A stretch of 64,000 nucleotides of DNA from an uncultured bacterium (GTDB lineage Bacteria > Desulfobacterota_D > UBA1144 > Nemesobacterales > UBA2774): contig CAWGRW010000009.1 of assembly GCA_963825135.1 (NCBI GenBank), positions 928,001 to 992,000 of the forward strand. The letters run 5' to 3'. Numbering within the stretch: position 1 is the first letter of the stretch; each line of letters opens with the position of its first letter. The notes below the pieces were generated by a model that saw nothing but the letters and a program-made list of their open reading frames with translations, did no database searches and had not been told where the DNA came from. Positions 60,757-64,000 of the stretch are shown in pieces. A program made the translations under genes and the position numbers.

Positions 60757-61122
60757 TTACTCCGGCGGGGATTTCGCCCTCGCTCTCCTCTCCCTCCTCT
60801 TCTTCTGCTTCCGGAGCTTCTCCCTCTTGATGTCCTCCGGGGACGGCTTGCCGGATACGCTCTCCTCGATCCTCGAGACCAGCGCCCTCCGCGCGAGAAA
60901 CCTGTTGAGCCCCTGGGAGCGCTCTTTGTCCGCCCTGACCATAATGCCCGTCGGGATATGCTTCAGCCGGACACATGTGGAAACCTTGTTGACGTTTTGT
61001 CCGCCGGGCCCGCCCGATTTGAGAAACGTCTCCTCCAGGTCCTTTTCCCGGATACCCAGCTCCGCCATCCTGTCTTTCAGGGCTTTTTCCTTCTCCGGTC
61101 TCACGCCGAATTTGCTGGTCAT
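60757..61122 (-). CDS. peptide chain release factor-like ribosome rescue protein (ArfB-like, short)
   Basis: [11 protein letters not shown] motif, HIPTG, RSQ and a basic C-terminal tail. Confidence 0.88.
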   Translation of the reverse strand: MTSKFGVRPEKEKALKDRMAELGIREKDLEETFLKSGGPGGQNVNKVSTCVRLKHIPTGIMVRADKERSQGLNRFLARRALVSRIEESVSGKPSPEDIKREKLRKQKKRRERRARAKSPPE

Positions 61123-61226
61123 CTTGTTTCAGGCTCTAACAGATCAGGGTTTCCCCAGGGCAATAGCGCAGACCGGCAAATTTCTATATTATTATGACAG
61201 CCGGTTGGGAAATCTCTTAAGCCGAT

Positions 61227-61436
61227 CTATTCCTGGTCGAGCAGGGTCTTCTCCTGGTTCTCGAGGAGCTTCGACCTGTCTTCCTTGAGCTTTCTTACAT
61301 TTTTTGTCGTATGAACCATCTCCTGCAGATAGGAAGTCGAGGATTCGCGCTTTTCCCCGAGATGTCCTAAAAGCTTCGATATGCCGAAAACTGCTAAAAT
61401 AACAATGATAATTCCGACCGCGGTCTTCCAGCTCAT
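61227..61436 (-). CDS. small single-TM hypothetical protein
   Basis: 69 aa; N-terminal hydrophobic helix and charged tail. Confidence 0.55.
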   Translation of the reverse strand: MSWKTAVGIIIVILAVFGISKLLGHLGEKRESSTSYLQEMVHTTKNVRKLKEDRSKLLENQEKTLLDQE

Positions 61437-61529
61437 ATTCGAAGTATAGGTATCTGTTCCACACTTTACAACATGCCGTGCGGCTGCACGTTTCTTGAAA
61501 GGGGACTAAAAACATTTATACTAACCTCG

Positions 61530-61766
61530 ATGGATCCGAAGGAAATCAGAGTTATGATAGAGGCCGGAATGCCCGGCTCCTCCGTCGATGTGGACGGGGA
61601 CGGTACGCATTTCGAAGCGGTAATCGTTTCGGGCGCGTTTAACGGGAAGACTCTGCTCGAGCGCCATCAGATGGTATATAAAGCCCTGGGCGACGCGATG
61701 AAGGAGAGGATTCATGCGCTATCACTCAAGACCTACACCCCCGATCAGTGGGAAAAAATGAAATAG
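61530..61766 (+). CDS. bolA: BolA/IbaG family protein
   Basis: GDGTHF, RHQMVY and IHALSLKT motifs; start placed at ATG 61530. Confidence 0.92.
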   Translation: MDPKEIRVMIEAGMPGSSVDVDGDGTHFEAVIVSGAFNGKTLLERHQMVYKALGDAMKERIHALSLKTYTPDQWEKMK

Positions 61767-61841
61767 AGGCCAAAGCGCATGGACCTATCGGATCAAGTCC
61801 GGTTGTAGCATGCGTGTACAGACATCAGGAGGCACAAGAAT

Positions 61842-62162
61842 ATGGAAGACGTGCAGAAGAGAATAGAATCGCAGGTCGCGAGTAACAAAGTGGTTTTGTT
61901 TATGAAAGGAACGAGGGAAATGCCGCAGTGCGGATTTTCCGCAAAAGTCGTACAGATACTCAACTCGCACGGCGTAGGCTATGAAACCGTCGATGTGCTC
62001 GCCGACCCGGAGATCAGACAGGGTATCAAGGAATATTCCCAGTGGCCCACAATCCCCCAGCTCTATGTCGGAGGGAAGTTCATAGGCGGATGCGACATCT
62101 GCGTCGAAATGAACGAGTCCGGGGAGCTCGGGCCCATACTCAAAGACGCGGTAAGGGAATAA
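61842..62162 (+). CDS. grxD: monothiol glutaredoxin Grx4
   Basis: [24 protein letters not shown]. Confidence 0.96.
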   Translation: MEDVQKRIESQVASNKVVLFMKGTREMPQCGFSAKVVQILNSHGVGYETVDVLADPEIRQGIKEYSQWPTIPQLYVGGKFIGGCDICVEMNESGELGPILKDAVRE

Positions 62163-62167
62163 ATATA

Positions 62168-62857
62168 TTACACGTTATGAAGCTCGGAATAGTAGTCAGA
62201 GAGTTTATCCCTTAGAATAAGCCTTGCCCTTAAAACCCTTGATTTCACAGCAGGAACCGAGAGTTTTAATATATCCGAAATTTCCTTGCTCGTGAGCCTT
62301 TCTATATCTTTCAAATGAAATGCAACCCTGTAATCCTCCGGCAGCTCGCTTATCGCCCTTTCGATCAGCTCTGTGCCTTCCCTGCCCAGTAACTGCGAAT
62401 CGGGCCTCCCGCTCCAGTCCTTCTCCTCTACCCCCTCGAGAACCCCGTAATCGTTATAGGGCTTGTAGTCGTCGAGGCTCGTCTCCTTGTCCCTGCTTTT
62501 TCTCATGTTGCGAATATACATAAAGCTCGCATTCGAAGCGACCCTGTAGAGCCAGGTCGAGAACCTGGACTCTTTCCTGAACGTAGACAGTTTTTCCACG
62601 AGTATGAGAAATACCTCCTGTAGAATCTCCTCGGCGTCGTTCTGGTTATTGGTTATCCGGTAAGCGAGCCTGTACACCTTTTCGCTGTACCTGCTCACAA
62701 GCTCGTTAAACGCATCCTCGCCCCGTCCGGCTACATACAGACTGACGAGCTCCTCATCGGTGAGGTCATTTATATTGGGCGCTGTTGCCAGGCTGGTTTT
62801 ATTCTTGAGACTCAACACCGAAATCATCCTTTCATGATTAGATCTAGCAGATTTCAT
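62168..62857 (-). CDS. ECF RNA polymerase sigma factor
   Basis: DAEEILQEVF, FSTWLYRV, LPEDYR, VKSRVLRAR. Confidence 0.92.
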   Translation of the reverse strand: MKSARSNHERMISVLSLKNKTSLATAPNINDLTDEELVSLYVAGRGEDAFNELVSRYSEKVYRLAYRITNNQNDAEEILQEVFLILVEKLSTFRKESRFSTWLYRVASNASFMYIRNMRKSRDKETSLDDYKPYNDYGVLEGVEEKDWSGRPDSQLLGREGTELIERAISELPEDYRVAFHLKDIERLTSKEISDILKLSVPAVKSRVLRARLILRDKLSDYYSELHNV

Positions 62858-62880
62858 AATGGCATCTCCTGATTCAATAA

Positions 62881-62898
62881 TATAGTTGACCGGTCTGT
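62881..62898. promoter_or_regulatory. putative TetR operator upstream of the ECF sigma gene
   Basis: TATAGTTGACCGGT with palindromic core GACCGGTC; 13/14 identical to 63573-63586. Confidence 0.6.
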
Positions 62899-62928
62899 TT
62901 GTTGTTTAACAAAAAATATATAAACCAT

Positions 62929-63558
62929 TTACCCCACGGAATACGCTTCCGCTGTCTCCTTTCTCGATATACAGAGTTGTAATACCCCTTCACCGAGCCT
63001 TTTTAACATGTATGGGTCGTTAAACGTCTTACCCAGCAATATCATCCCCTCGATATAGGCGACCATGGCCAGCGACGTGGCGGCGGGGTCCGTTTCGGGG
63101 GGCAACACGCCCTCTTCGACGGCTTGAATAATTACCATTTCTAAATACTTGGTCCACTCACAGAATATAACCTCTATTTTCTTCCTTATCTCCTCGTCCT
63201 GCGTACTCAATTCAAGGGCCAGGTTCCCGAACCCGCAGCCGGTCATACATCCTGTGCAGTCCTTCCTGCTGGATTGGTGTTCATAAGACATCCTGAGCAG
63301 CGTCTCAAACTTATCGAGTGTCGAAGCATCGGAATTAAAAACCGGATCGAGCGTCTCATCTTTGAACTTCTTCCATATCAGATCGAGGGCTTCCAGAGTG
63401 AGGTCGCGCTTCGAAGGAAAAAAATGATAGAAGCTCCCCTTCTTCACTCCGGCGTGCTCGCAAAGCTCCTGAACCCCCACCGCATTATAGCTCCGGGTCC
63501 CGATCAGCTCGATTGCGCTGTTTATGAGGTTTTCCTTTGTGTCGCTCGTGCGTCCCAT
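62929..63558 (-). CDS. TetR/AcrR family regulator (NemR-like, Cys-rich)
   Basis: HTH GVQELCEHAGVKKGSFYHFFPSK; CTGCMTGCGFGN segment. Confidence 0.92.
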   Translation of the reverse strand: MGRTSDTKENLINSAIELIGTRSYNAVGVQELCEHAGVKKGSFYHFFPSKRDLTLEALDLIWKKFKDETLDPVFNSDASTLDKFETLLRMSYEHQSSRKDCTGCMTGCGFGNLALELSTQDEEIRKKIEVIFCEWTKYLEMVIIQAVEEGVLPPETDPAATSLAMVAYIEGMILLGKTFNDPYMLKRLGEGVLQLCISRKETAEAYSVG

Positions 63559-63572
63559 TTAACTCAACACCT

Positions 63573-63621
63573 TATAGTTGACCAGTTGGTAAAATATTAG
63601 CATGTATAACCCCGCTGTCAA
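63573..63621 (-). promoter_or_regulatory. promoter and operator of the tetR gene
   Basis: Minus strand TTGACA (63621-63616), 16 bp, TAATAT with extended TG; box TATAGTTGACCAGT at 63573-63586. Confidence 0.62.
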
Positions 63622-63789
63622 GGAGCTCCTGTAAATTCGCCACTTTAGGCAATCGGAAATGGGGCTCAAAAGATTGCAACTCCCTGTGACCCAACATTTA
63701 TTTCGTATTGGTGGAAATCATGAAAATTTTATGGCGCGGGGTTAGAAAAAAAGACCGGGCAGTGAGTATTCAACTTGCGAAAGCGTAAA

Positions 63790-64000
63790 TTAATGTTCTA
63801 TCAGACTCCTGAGCGCCGGGGCCGAATCGGAATGCCTGATCGTGGAAAGGGCTTTCTTTTCTATCTGCCTTATCCTTTCCCTCGTAAGATTGAACCTCTT
63901 TCCTATCTCGTCGAGCGTAAACGCGCCGTCATGCCCGATACCGAACCTCATACAGACGATCTCCCTCTCCCTTTCATCCAGCAGATGTAGGGCCCGCTCC
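63790..64000 (-). CDS. sigma70-family (RpoD/RpoS-like) sigma factor, 3' end
   Basis: Not in ORF track. Manual translation ERALHLLDEREREIVCMRFGIG..TLDEIGKRFNLTRERIRQIEKKAL is region 4. Confidence 0.9.
   Translation of the reverse strand, partial: ERALHLLDEREREIVCMRFGIGHDGAFTLDEIGKRFNLTRERIRQIEKKALSTIRHSDSAPALRSLIEH

Noticed and set aside
63775..63990. 71-aa plus-strand ORF
   Set aside because: Antisense shadow of the sigma70 region 4 coding sequence.
1..64000. CRISPR arrays, rRNA genes, transposases, integrases, prophage genes
   Set aside because: None recognised; the repeats at about 47.6 kb and 59.6 kb are coding RTX and pentapeptide repeats.

Overview
Bacterial chromosomal window of mostly housekeeping genes. 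The gene style suggests a deltaproteobacteria-like lineage such as Ca. Dadabacteria; this is an unverified impression. Core genes: purB (partial), dapL, mnmE, pabB/pabC-like pair, a FadF-like Fe-S oxidoreductase, groESL, mutS, hisC-tyrA, pstSCAB-phoU, prmC-murA-hisG, egtB-egtD, ispE, a HerA-like ATPase, bolA-grxD, a TetR-ECF sigma pair and the 3' end of a sigma70 gene. Non-coding highlights: (i) a perfect parS palindrome abutting a DnaA-box cluster after mnmE (candidate oriC or DnaA-binding locus, no dnaA in the window); (ii) a c-di-GMP-I riboswitch with promoter and terminator upstream of a lytic transglycosylase-SPOR gene; (iii) tRNA-Glu(CTC) followed by two duplicated 3'-end copies that delimit integrase-less islets; (iv) Pho-box-like 11-bp-period repeats; (v) a candidate anti-Shine-Dalgarno small RNA; (vi) an unannotated 22-codon lipoprotein-signal micro-ORF ending in UGA. 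The accessory region at about 46.7-60.5 kb holds a cupin, an RTX-repeat protein, a Na/Pi cotransporter, a partly decayed GT-C glycosylation cassette and a 1644-aa pentapeptide-repeat + G8/CEMIP-TMEM2-like protein. Three genes carry apparent +1 frameshifts, which may be real or assembly errors. All calls come from reading the sequence; no database searches were run.
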